Shown here one piece after another: positions 7,300-14,034 of a stretch of DNA of 14,463 nucleotides; position 1 is the stretch's first letter; each line of letters opens with the position of its first letter. The notes beneath the pieces were generated by a model. It made no database searches, was not told the origin of the DNA, and saw only the letters and a list, made by a program, of their open reading frames with translations. This DNA is from an uncultured Lyngbya sp. (lineage in GTDB: Bacteria; Cyanobacteriota; Cyanobacteriia; Cyanobacteriales; Microcoleaceae): the NCBI GenBank assembly GCA_964401105.1, contig CAYNXM010000119.1, forward strand, positions 1-14,463, read 5' to 3'. Made by a program: the position numbers and the translations under genes.

Positions 7300-7896
7300 C
7301 TACTGAACCCTTTCTAAATCTTCTGGGCGATCAATATCAGAAAGTTGAGGTAAGTTACCAATACTCAAATTTAAGGGCTGACAACGGTCTAAAGTCTGTT
7401 GTAAAACCCCCTCAGTCCCCCAATCAATACCTTGAAACAGTTCAGGAATGAATCGCCGTAAACCGATCAAATAATAGCCCCCATCTGTAGCCGTTCCAAT
7501 CACTAAATCTTGCTGTTTTAATGTATCGAACGCTTGAGTTAAAATATCTGTATTTAAATCAATACAATCGGTTCCAATAATAATAATAGCAGAGAATCCT
7601 TGATTAAAACCCGCTTGAAAACTTTGATTCATGCGATCGCCTAAATCACCCGTCCCTTGTATACTATAAATTAAATCTAACCCTAACCAATCCTGCATTT
7701 GAACAAGAGATCCTCCTGTATATCGAATTTCTAAAGATACCCCCCGTGACTGGATTAATTTACGTCCCGTCTCAACAGTTTGTTGTGCCATTTGACGATG
7801 AAGTTGAGCCGCACCTTGCGCCCCCAAAGCAGGAATCAGTCTCGTCTTTGTTTTCCCCGCTTCAGGATAACGAGTAAAGATAATTAGATGTTCCAT
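7300..7896 (-). CDS. DUF2064 / TIGR04282-family glycosyltransferase-like protein (family annotated as arsenosugar-biosynthesis-associated)
   Basis: 198-aa ORF. The N-terminus LIIFTRYPEAGKTKTRLIPALGAQGAAQLHRQM is the characteristic DUF2064 opening (nucleotidyl-transferase-like fold). Also present are IIIIGTDCIDL and DGGYYLIGL. Confidence 0.75.
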   Translation of the reverse strand: MEHLIIFTRYPEAGKTKTRLIPALGAQGAAQLHRQMAQQTVETGRKLIQSRGVSLEIRYTGGSLVQMQDWLGLDLIYSIQGTGDLGDRMNQSFQAGFNQGFSAIIIIGTDCIDLNTDILTQAFDTLKQQDLVIGTATDGGYYLIGLRRFIPELFQGIDWGTEGVLQQTLDRCQPLNLSIGNLPQLSDIDRPEDLERVQ

Positions 7897-7978
7897 TCTA
7901 TTTTAAAATATTAAAAGTAAAATAATTTTAATACAATAGTTAATCACAGTTACAGTTTAACACCCCTGAATTTGAGGC

Positions 7979-8935
7979 TTATTCTTTAACAGCAGAGGAG
8001 CTTGATTTAGCGAGATAAATCCCCAATAAAACGATAGCAAATGCCACCCCATTCAAAATACTCAAGCTTTCTGAGAAAATCATCCAACCAAAAATTGCAG
8101 TCATTATGGGTGACAGGAGTAGGCTAACAGCAACGAATCCTGAAGATAAACGCTTAAGGCAATAATTCACAAGCCCTTGACCCAAAATTTGACAAATAAG
8201 ACCTAACAAAATTACAAACACCCAAGATTGCCAAGAATAAGGGAAAAGTCGATCTTCCATTATTAAAACAATCGGCAATATCCATAGAGTTGAAAATAAA
8301 GAACTCCAGAAAAGTAGAGTTTCAGCACTATATTTTTGTCGGAGTTTTTCTAGGATTAATAAGTAAATACTAAAGCCGACTGAAGCGAGTACGGCAACTC
8401 CATCACCTTGTAGGTTTCCCGTCGCAATTTGCAAGTCTTCTATTCCAATCATACAAGCTCCTACCATCGCGACTCCCATCCCAATTAAAAATCGCTTGTC
8501 AAACTGCTGGCCCCATATCAACCAACCCAAAAGAGTCGTCCACAGAGGACTTAGATATGTCAGTAAAGTAGAATTAGCAACGCTAGTTTGAGTCAGGGAC
8601 CAAGCCCACAAAATTTGGTCGCCAGCAAAACAAATTCCTGCTATGAATAATTGGGCGAGTACCCAACTTGTATAAGGCTGTTTCTGTACGGGTTTATCCT
8701 GAGAAAACTGGTAACGTAGAGCTTGTTGTCCATTCCATATACCTAAAAGAAAAGTTGCGAGCCCAACTCTATGAAATGCGGTTGCCAATGGACCGATTTC
8801 CCGTTCCAATAATCTAAAAAAGATTGCTATCCAAGACAGAGCTACTATGGCGATCGCTAATGCGATAATTGCTGTAATATTGTCTTGAATTGAAGATTTT
8901 TGTTGTATAGCTTTCAAAAGACACTCCCAATCCAA
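7979..8935 (-). CDS. DMT-superfamily transporter (two EamA domains)
   Basis: 318-aa ORF that is hydrophobic throughout, with about 10 TM segments in two homologous halves. Examples are ALAIAIVALSWIAIFFRLL in the first half and LFSTLWILPIVLIM in the second. The apparent start is a TTG at 8935, and no in-frame ATG or GTG occurs before the first TM segment. Confidence 0.85.
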   Translation of the reverse strand: MDWECLLKAIQQKSSIQDNITAIIALAIAIVALSWIAIFFRLLEREIGPLATAFHRVGLATFLLGIWNGQQALRYQFSQDKPVQKQPYTSWVLAQLFIAGICFAGDQILWAWSLTQTSVANSTLLTYLSPLWTTLLGWLIWGQQFDKRFLIGMGVAMVGACMIGIEDLQIATGNLQGDGVAVLASVGFSIYLLILEKLRQKYSAETLLFWSSLFSTLWILPIVLIMEDRLFPYSWQSWVFVILLGLICQILGQGLVNYCLKRLSSGFVAVSLLLSPIMTAIFGWMIFSESLSILNGVAFAIVLLGIYLAKSSSSAVKE

Positions 8936-8983
8936 ATAAAATCGCTACACTAAAAACAAAGAAGCAGGCTTACTACTTTTTGA

Positions 8984-9012
8984 GGGAGCTAGGTTCGTAT
9001 AAAGCAGCTCCC
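8984..9012 (-). other. Intercistronic hairpin between the dioxygenase and DMT genes
   Basis: Read directly: gggagct (8984-8990) pairs with agctccc (9006-9012) around a 15-nt loop. It lies 36 nt downstream of the dioxygenase stop codon. No U-tract follows on the minus strand. Confidence 0.3.
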
Positions 9013-9047
9013 CACCTAAAAATCATCAACTTAATAGCAGCTTGCTA

Positions 9048-9869
9048 CTATACCAACACAACTTCATCTGATAAAGGTTCTATTGGTGTATAATCGCGAG
9101 AGGCTTGAAAATCAGGACGTGGATTTTCTACAGGAAGTGGAAGATTTTTAACGCTGTTGTACCTAATCGCGAATAATGCACGATCAAAAGGAGACATATT
9201 CGAGCTTGAACCATGAACGCAATTAGGGTGCATAAATAGAACCGAACCCGCTTTTCCCTTTGGTGCTACAATACCATACTGATTTACTAATTTTTCAAAT
9301 GTTTTGCGATCGACATGATAAGTCTGGTTCGTTTTAATATGTCGATGCCATTCTTCTTCGCTCTCATCAGTCTCACTGTCTGTGACTGGATTTAAAACGC
9401 TAACGATACCTTCTTTATGAGAACCGGGAATTAACATTAACGGTCCATTAAATTCGTTAACTTCATACAAGAAAACAAGCGCAATGACTAGCTGGGGTGT
9501 AGGAATACCATCTTCTTTATGAAAAAATACATAATCTTGATGCCAGATCCAAACATCATTTTTCCAGGCTATTTTGGGATTAATTTGGCTTTGATGAATA
9601 TATATCTTGCTCCCCAGAATTTGCATTATGGGTTCAATAATAGAAGCATGGTGCGAGCAGCGTCGAAAAATTTCGTTTTCACTATGTACACCTAGAACTG
9701 TGCGGATCTGGTTTTCATCTCCTTCAATAATTTTTCTAGGTGTTTCCTGGGCATATATTGTCCGCAGTTCAGTTCTCATGCGATCTGTTTCTGCTTCAGA
9801 AAAACAGTTTGGCACTAAGAGATAGCCAAGGTCTTCATAAGTTTGCAATTGTTCGCTGCTCAGTTGCAT
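9048..9869 (-). CDS. Fe(II)/2-oxoglutarate dioxygenase, PhyH family, ectoine-hydroxylase (EctD)-like
   Basis: 273-aa ORF with an AAGGAG Shine-Dalgarno element about 9 nt upstream of the ATG. The 2-His-1-carboxylate triad is visible as WIWHQD (HxD) plus the distal His in MHPNCVHGSSSNMSPFDR. The segment W-H-Q-D-Y-V-F-F-H-K-E-D-G-I-P resembles the EctD signature F-x-W-H-S-D-F-E-T-W-H-x-E-D-G-M/L-P. Confidence 0.85.
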   Translation of the reverse strand: MQLSSEQLQTYEDLGYLLVPNCFSEAETDRMRTELRTIYAQETPRKIIEGDENQIRTVLGVHSENEIFRRCSHHASIIEPIMQILGSKIYIHQSQINPKIAWKNDVWIWHQDYVFFHKEDGIPTPQLVIALVFLYEVNEFNGPLMLIPGSHKEGIVSVLNPVTDSETDESEEEWHRHIKTNQTYHVDRKTFEKLVNQYGIVAPKGKAGSVLFMHPNCVHGSSSNMSPFDRALFAIRYNSVKNLPLPVENPRPDFQASRDYTPIEPLSDEVVLV

Positions 9870-9908
9870 GAAAAATTTCTCCTTGAATACTAATACTAAC
9901 GAGCGTTC

Positions 9909-9930
9909 GTGTACCTCAGTTGAGGCACAC
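9909..9930 (-). other. Intercistronic hairpin between the cyclodeaminase and dioxygenase genes
   Basis: Read directly: gtgtacctc (9909-9917) pairs with gaggcacac (9922-9930). That is 8 pairs with one A/C mismatch around the loop agtt. It lies 14 nt downstream of the cyclodeaminase stop codon and is not followed by a U-tract. Confidence 0.3.
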
Positions 9931-9943
9931 CTTTATGGGTTGT

Positions 9944-11029
9944 TTAACCCACTGTTGCTAATGGTTCGGGCTGTGCTGACGAATGCTGCACTGAACTGGT
10001 GATAAACTCGTATGGGTTATAGGGGTCATTCGGACAATATTCAAGTTGCAGACGTTGACCCAAGCCATGAGCTTGTACCAATTCCTGCATAATTGACAAT
10101 GCGACATGGTCTTCTATTGCCAATCCCGTAGAGTCAAATACTGTCTGCTGTTCTCGCCAATGATAAAACTCTTCTGGTCGTTCGATCGCTTCCATTAAAC
10201 TTGAGCCGACTTCCTCGGGTTGTAACTGCTGACATTCGCCTTCAACCAAGGCTTGTTCGGGAAAGTCTGGGCAGACAAAACTCCGTTTGAGTACAGATAG
10301 GGGCAACTCTGTTTTGCCGATGATATCTGCACCTACGGCATTAATATGAACGTGAGGTTTGAGGTTTTCACCGGTCATGACGGGATCTGCTCCTTCATCA
10401 ACCGAGGTAGCCGTACAAATAATGTCAGCATTGCGTTCGAGTTCCTCTAGGGAACAACTCCGAACTGATAGTCCTAAAAATGCGACTCGTGAGGAGAATG
10501 AGCGAGCTACATCTGGGTCAATATCGTAAACTAATACCTGCCGCAATGGAAACACTCGACTCAACCCATGTAACTGGGTGACGGCTTGTGCTCCTGCTCC
10601 TACCAGTCCGACGGTAGCACTATCGGGATGGGCTAGGATCTTGCTAGCGATCGCAGAGGCGGCTCCTGTCCGAATGGCAGTTAGGGTGACAGCATCACAC
10701 AGAGCCACTAAATGACCGTTGTTAAAATCATAAAGGCTTGTGGTTGCCAAAACCGTAGGGATACCGATTGTCTTAATATTGTCTGGCTGATAAGCGACTA
10801 CTTTGATTGTGACAGACTGGTCTGTTTTTCTCATGTAGGGCATCCATTCGACACAAGCACAGGATGGTTTTTTGACGAATCCAGCCCGCGATCGCAGTTC
10901 CCCCTGGCCTCGATTAACTTCCTTGAAAGCTTCGCTCAAGCTAGTCATCATCCTGTCCATTAGGGAATCAAGCCCGATTCGCTTGACAACTTCAGCAATA
11001 TCTTGAGGTCTAATTATCAGTGTTTCCAT
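9944..11029 (-). CDS. Ornithine cyclodeaminase/mu-crystallin family enzyme, lysine-cyclodeaminase (RapL/PipA)-like
   Basis: 361-aa ORF. Family motifs are LTAIRTGAASAIASK, the Rossmann LVGAGAQAVTQ, HINAVGADIIGKTELP and VFDSTGLAIEDHVAL. Overall collinearity with my memory of the lysine cyclodeaminase RapL (GAGAQAVTQ.HALSRV.PL, RVAFL, GKTELP, EGE.QQL, VFDSTG, DPY near the C-terminus) suggests the pipecolate-forming subfamily. Substrate cannot be decided from sequence alone. Confidence 0.85.
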   Translation of the reverse strand: METLIIRPQDIAEVVKRIGLDSLMDRMMTSLSEAFKEVNRGQGELRSRAGFVKKPSCACVEWMPYMRKTDQSVTIKVVAYQPDNIKTIGIPTVLATTSLYDFNNGHLVALCDAVTLTAIRTGAASAIASKILAHPDSATVGLVGAGAQAVTQLHGLSRVFPLRQVLVYDIDPDVARSFSSRVAFLGLSVRSCSLEELERNADIICTATSVDEGADPVMTGENLKPHVHINAVGADIIGKTELPLSVLKRSFVCPDFPEQALVEGECQQLQPEEVGSSLMEAIERPEEFYHWREQQTVFDSTGLAIEDHVALSIMQELVQAHGLGQRLQLEYCPNDPYNPYEFITSSVQHSSAQPEPLATVG

Positions 11030-11211
11030 GACTTTTTTAGATGAACTCTGCTTGGCAAATTAGTCTCAAAAAATATAGCATACATTCTGCTCTGGCTTTA
11101 AAACCCTAACGTCTCAACTCCAAGAGACCATTAGCAGAGGTAAGAAAATATGATATCCTCTCAGTATTTCAGTTCTATCGACTTAATACCAACCCTTCCC
11201 AAAAAATATCA

Positions 11212-11730
11212 ATGAAACGTAAACATCTATTCTGGCCTGGAGCATTTGTTCTCTTGGGTGTGACAATGATAGGAACGGCTGTCGCCCGGGAACTTACCGA
11301 TGAAGAAGTGACTGTCGTTTGTAAACTGGAAGAAGTGGTTGAGGAGGCGGGAAGAGACGGTTATGACTTGGCTTACTGGCCTGTGGTTCGTAAAGGGCCG
11401 CCGAAAGTCAATGCCCCATTAACCCTCCGACTAGATCCATCTATAGAGTATATCTTTGTCGGTTATTGCGATGAAAACTGCGATGATACTGAGTTGAATG
11501 TCTCTAGCTTGGCAGGAGAAGTGCTCAAGTCTGATGAAGAGGATACTGTCTCTGTTTTGCCTTTTGAACCCGATGAAGAGGCTGTATATGAATTAAACTT
11601 ACAGATGAGCAGTTGTACTGTTGAGGAAGGATGCGTCTATGGTATTGGTATTTTAGCGCCGCGCGGAGTTGATGTCCCTTACTCCCCAGATGTCCCCAAA
11701 GAATTGGCTCAATTTGAAGTATGTGATTAG
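11212..11730 (+). CDS. Hypothetical secreted acidic Cys-containing protein
   Basis: 172-aa ORF. The signal-peptide-like N-terminus is MKRKHLFWPGAFVLLGVTMIGTAVA|RE. The mature part is rich in Asp/Glu and has six Cys residues (including CDENCDD and CTVEEGC). I recognise no family. Confidence 0.6.
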   Translation: MKRKHLFWPGAFVLLGVTMIGTAVARELTDEEVTVVCKLEEVVEEAGRDGYDLAYWPVVRKGPPKVNAPLTLRLDPSIEYIFVGYCDENCDDTELNVSSLAGEVLKSDEEDTVSVLPFEPDEEAVYELNLQMSSCTVEEGCVYGIGILAPRGVDVPYSPDVPKELAQFEVCD

Positions 11731-11916
11731 CGGGAAATTTGAGTTAATTGTGTAAGCATCACCAGCGTGTCGTCAATGGCACGCTTCCATTATCGATACA
11801 TTTAGGATATTTTTAATCAAAATCTGTATCTTCAAATCTCTGAGTCAGAGAGAATTTAGGGATTTAGGGGAGCGCCTCAGAAGATAATCGACCAGAAAAA
11901 AATACATAACTGTGAG

Positions 11917-12018
11917 AATTATGTCTCGAAAAATTCTGGGTTTTTTTGATTTCAGTTCCTTTTGAGCGGAATTGGAATCACTCATCAGACCGCTTGAGTT
12001 GAAAACCCAGACATAATT
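11917..12018 (+). other. About 100-nt imperfect hairpin / candidate structured RNA upstream of the GG-leader peptide ORF
   Basis: Read directly:
- aattatgtct (11917-11926) is complementary to agacataatt (12009-12018).
- ctgggtttt (11936-11944) is complementary to aaaacccag (12002-12010).
- The inner helix tttgagcgg (11961-11969) with ccgcttgag (11990-11998) needs three G-U wobbles, so it forms only in plus-strand RNA.
- A T7 run at 11941-11947 is embedded in the structure. Confidence 0.35.
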
Positions 12019-12154
12019 GTGTGACTTATATCGATTTTATCGTCATTAAACCCTTGAATACATAGAAAAAATTGAGCAAGATAGTAATGTGATTAGGCAG
12101 AAAAAACTCTTCCTAAAGCTGAAAAAAATATGATTTTTATCGGAGATCATTGAC

Positions 12155-12313
12155 ATGACTCATACAAGTATCGTCATCCAAGACTTAGAAAAATCTGCTG
12201 CTATTGAGTTAACAGACCTCTCTGTTGATGAATTATCAGATGTTAAAGGAGGTATTCTCTGTATCGTATTAGCCGGCGTTGCCGTTGGATTTGCCGTTGA
12301 AATCTTGACTTAA
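12155..12313 (+). CDS. 52-aa precursor peptide with a double-glycine (GG) leader; bacteriocin-like, with a hydrophobic 19-aa core
   Basis: Absent from the ORF track because it is too short. GGAG at 12142-12145 lies 9 nt upstream of the ATG at 12155, and the TAA stop is at 12311-12313. Translation: MTHTSIVIQDLEKSAAIELTDLSVDELSDVKGG ILCIVLAGVAVGFAVEILT. The leader end LSVDELSDVKGG matches every conserved position of the LSxxELxxIxGG consensus. Confidence 0.7.
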   Translation: MTHTSIVIQDLEKSAAIELTDLSVDELSDVKGGILCIVLAGVAVGFAVEILT

Positions 12314-12347
12314 TCTCAGAAACTATCTGTGACGATAGTAATCATTC

Positions 12348-12369
12348 GAGACGTTCAATCGAACGTCTC
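12348..12369 (+). promoter_or_regulatory. Perfect 9-bp-stem hairpin between the peptide ORF and the PEP-CTERM gene (possible attenuator or processing site)
   Basis: Read directly: gagacgttc (12348-12356), loop aatc, gaacgtctc (12361-12369). It starts 35 nt after the peptide stop codon and ends 69 nt before the next ATG. No U-tract follows immediately. Confidence 0.4.
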
Positions 12370-12437
12370 CACAGCAATCAATAAAATGTTTCACTCCGCC
12401 ACACCGACTCAATTTATCAGACGCTAATTCATCAACA

Positions 12438-13700
12438 ATGTTTAACAAATTCTCTTCACACTTAACTCTGATCGCATTTGGAAGTATTTTAGGGGTTTTT
12501 AATAGTCAAACTCCAGCCACAGCCGCTTTTTTCACAGGAGTAGGAGACTTGCCGGGTGGCGGTTTCAGTAGTGCAGCAACCAGTGTTTCTGCTGATGGTT
12601 CAATTGTGGGTGGGATTAGTTTTAGTGAAGCTGGGCCAGATGGAGAAGCGTTTCTCTGGACAGCAGAAACAGGCTTAATGGGACTTGGAGATCTCCCTGG
12701 CGGCGATTTCTTGAGCGGTGTTTTCGGCGTATCAGATGATGGATTAGCTGCTGCTGGAGCTAGTTTTAGTGCTGAGAGTGCCCTGTCTATGCCACCGCTT
12801 CAGTCTTTTCACTGGACAGCAGAAACCGGACTGGTTCCCTTGGGAGATTTACCAGGAGGTACCTTCAGTAGTTTCACACTCAGTATTTCAGGTGATGGCC
12901 GGGTTGTGGTTGGCGACAGCGATAGTGCTTCCGGTAGAGAGGCATTTCGCTGGAGTGCAGAAACCGGCATGGTTGGACTGGGAGATTTTGAGGGGGGTGA
13001 TTTCGACAGTACTGTCGTCAGTGCCTCTTTTGATGGGTCAGTCATTGTTGGAACGGGGACGAACTCTATTGGTAAAATGGCTTTACGATGGACTGAAGAA
13101 GCCGGGTTGAGCGAACTGGGAGATTTGCCAGGAGGAGAGATCTTTAGCACGGCTGCAAGCGTTTCAAATGACGGCTTAGTGGTTGCCGGAAGAAGTTCAA
13201 GTGCCAATTCAAGTGCCAGTGGCTTACCGGTGACTCTCGCTAGCGGCACAGAAGCGTTTCGCTGGACAGCAGAAATGGGCATGATCGGGTTGGGAGACTT
13301 AGCGGGGGGCAATTTCTTTAGTACGGCCACAGCCATCTCAGGAGATGGCTCAATTATTGTTGGCCAAAGTGAGGGAGCCTTCGGCGAAGAGCCTTTTATC
13401 TGGGATAGCTTGAATGGAATGCGCTCTCTGACAGAAGTGTTAACAAATGACTTTGATTTAGAGTTGGGTAGCTGGACAAATTTGACTGCAACTGAAATTT
13501 CAAGTGATGGCTCAACAATTGTTGGTTTAGGACTCAACCCAGACGGAAACCTTGAGGGATGGATAGCAGGCCTCGATTCTCAGCCTGTTCCAGTTCCTGA
13601 ACCCCGTTCAACCGGAGGAACATTAGTTTTGTTGGGATTGATCGGTATGAGGTTGTTTAAACCCCGCTTTCAAGAGCAAAAAATCAAGACTATCAGCTAA
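12438..13700 (+). CDS. PEP-CTERM sorting-domain protein with 6-7 HAF-like extracellular repeats (probable beta-propeller)
   Basis: 420-aa ORF.
- Signal peptide: MFNKFSSHLTLIAFGSILGVFNSQTPATA|A.
- Repeating 46-58-aa module: GLGDLPGG.F.S.A..VS.DGS.IVG.S.......EAFRW(T/S)AETGM. The Trp codons fall at 12657, 12813, 12951, 13089, 13263 and 13401.
- C-terminus: PVPEP (VPEP at 13593-13604), then hydrophobic TLVLLGLIGM, then basic RLFKPRFQEQKIK. This is the PEP-CTERM architecture. Confidence 0.85.
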   Translation: MFNKFSSHLTLIAFGSILGVFNSQTPATAAFFTGVGDLPGGGFSSAATSVSADGSIVGGISFSEAGPDGEAFLWTAETGLMGLGDLPGGDFLSGVFGVSDDGLAAAGASFSAESALSMPPLQSFHWTAETGLVPLGDLPGGTFSSFTLSISGDGRVVVGDSDSASGREAFRWSAETGMVGLGDFEGGDFDSTVVSASFDGSVIVGTGTNSIGKMALRWTEEAGLSELGDLPGGEIFSTAASVSNDGLVVAGRSSSANSSASGLPVTLASGTEAFRWTAEMGMIGLGDLAGGNFFSTATAISGDGSIIVGQSEGAFGEEPFIWDSLNGMRSLTEVLTNDFDLELGSWTNLTATEISSDGSTIVGLGLNPDGNLEGWIAGLDSQPVPVPEPRSTGGTLVLLGLIGMRLFKPRFQEQKIKTIS

Positions 13701-13730
13701 ACTTTAACTTCCAAAAATTCATTTAATCGC

Positions 13731-13772
13731 GACTGAGTATTATGGGTATTTGCCTGTGTCTCAGTCTTTTTT
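13731..13772 (+). terminator. Candidate intrinsic terminator after the PEP-CTERM gene
   Basis: gactgag (13731-13737) pairs with ctcagtc (13760-13766) and is followed directly by tttttt (13767-13772). The 22-nt loop is large, so the structure is weak. Confidence 0.45.
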
Positions 13773-14034
13773 ATTTAGGAGTTTCTGAGCATTCATTAAT
13801 AGAACCCATTTGAGTTCTTCGTTAGAGGGTAATCTGAAACGCATTCCAAGCAGCTAATACTCTTCTATATTGTGCATCAATTCTTGATGTTTCCAATCCG
13901 CTTTCAATACGGCTACGTTAATGGAAAAGTGAAATTTTTGAGGAATATTAGGTGTCACTCATTTGTGTTTCATTGAATTATGCGACTGTTCATTAATAAT
14001 TAATTTCAGCATATTAGAGAAGTACCCACAATGA

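Larger units (their letters stand above)
2562..10895. repeat. HIP1 (highly iterated palindrome GCGATCGC), 9 perfect dispersed copies
   Basis: Hand scan found perfect octamers starting at 2562, 4162, 4517, 5260, 6058, 7633, 8850, 10647 and 10888. I found none in 1-2561 or 10896-14463. HIP1 abundance is a known hallmark of many cyanobacterial genomes. Confidence 0.85.

Noticed and set aside
9607-9825. A 72-aa plus-strand ORF.
   Set aside because: It is antisense, lying within the EctD-like dioxygenase gene. It is a shadow ORF.
9048-9869. Calling the dioxygenase a bona fide ectoine hydroxylase (ectD).
   Set aside because: No ectABC genes are present, and several positions of the EctD signature differ (Q for S, YVFF for FETW). 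Only EctD-like PhyH-family membership is supported.
10712-10963. An 83-aa plus-strand ORF.
   Set aside because: It is antisense, lying within the cyclodeaminase gene. It is a shadow ORF.
12769-13537. ORFs 12769-13110 (+, alternate frame) and 12809-13537 (-, 242 aa) overlapping the PEP-CTERM gene.
   Set aside because: The repetitive, codon-biased sequence of the HAF-like repeats keeps other frames open. Their products are Ser/Pro/Lys-rich low-complexity strings, whereas the 12438-13700 frame has a signal peptide, coherent repeats and a PEP-CTERM end.
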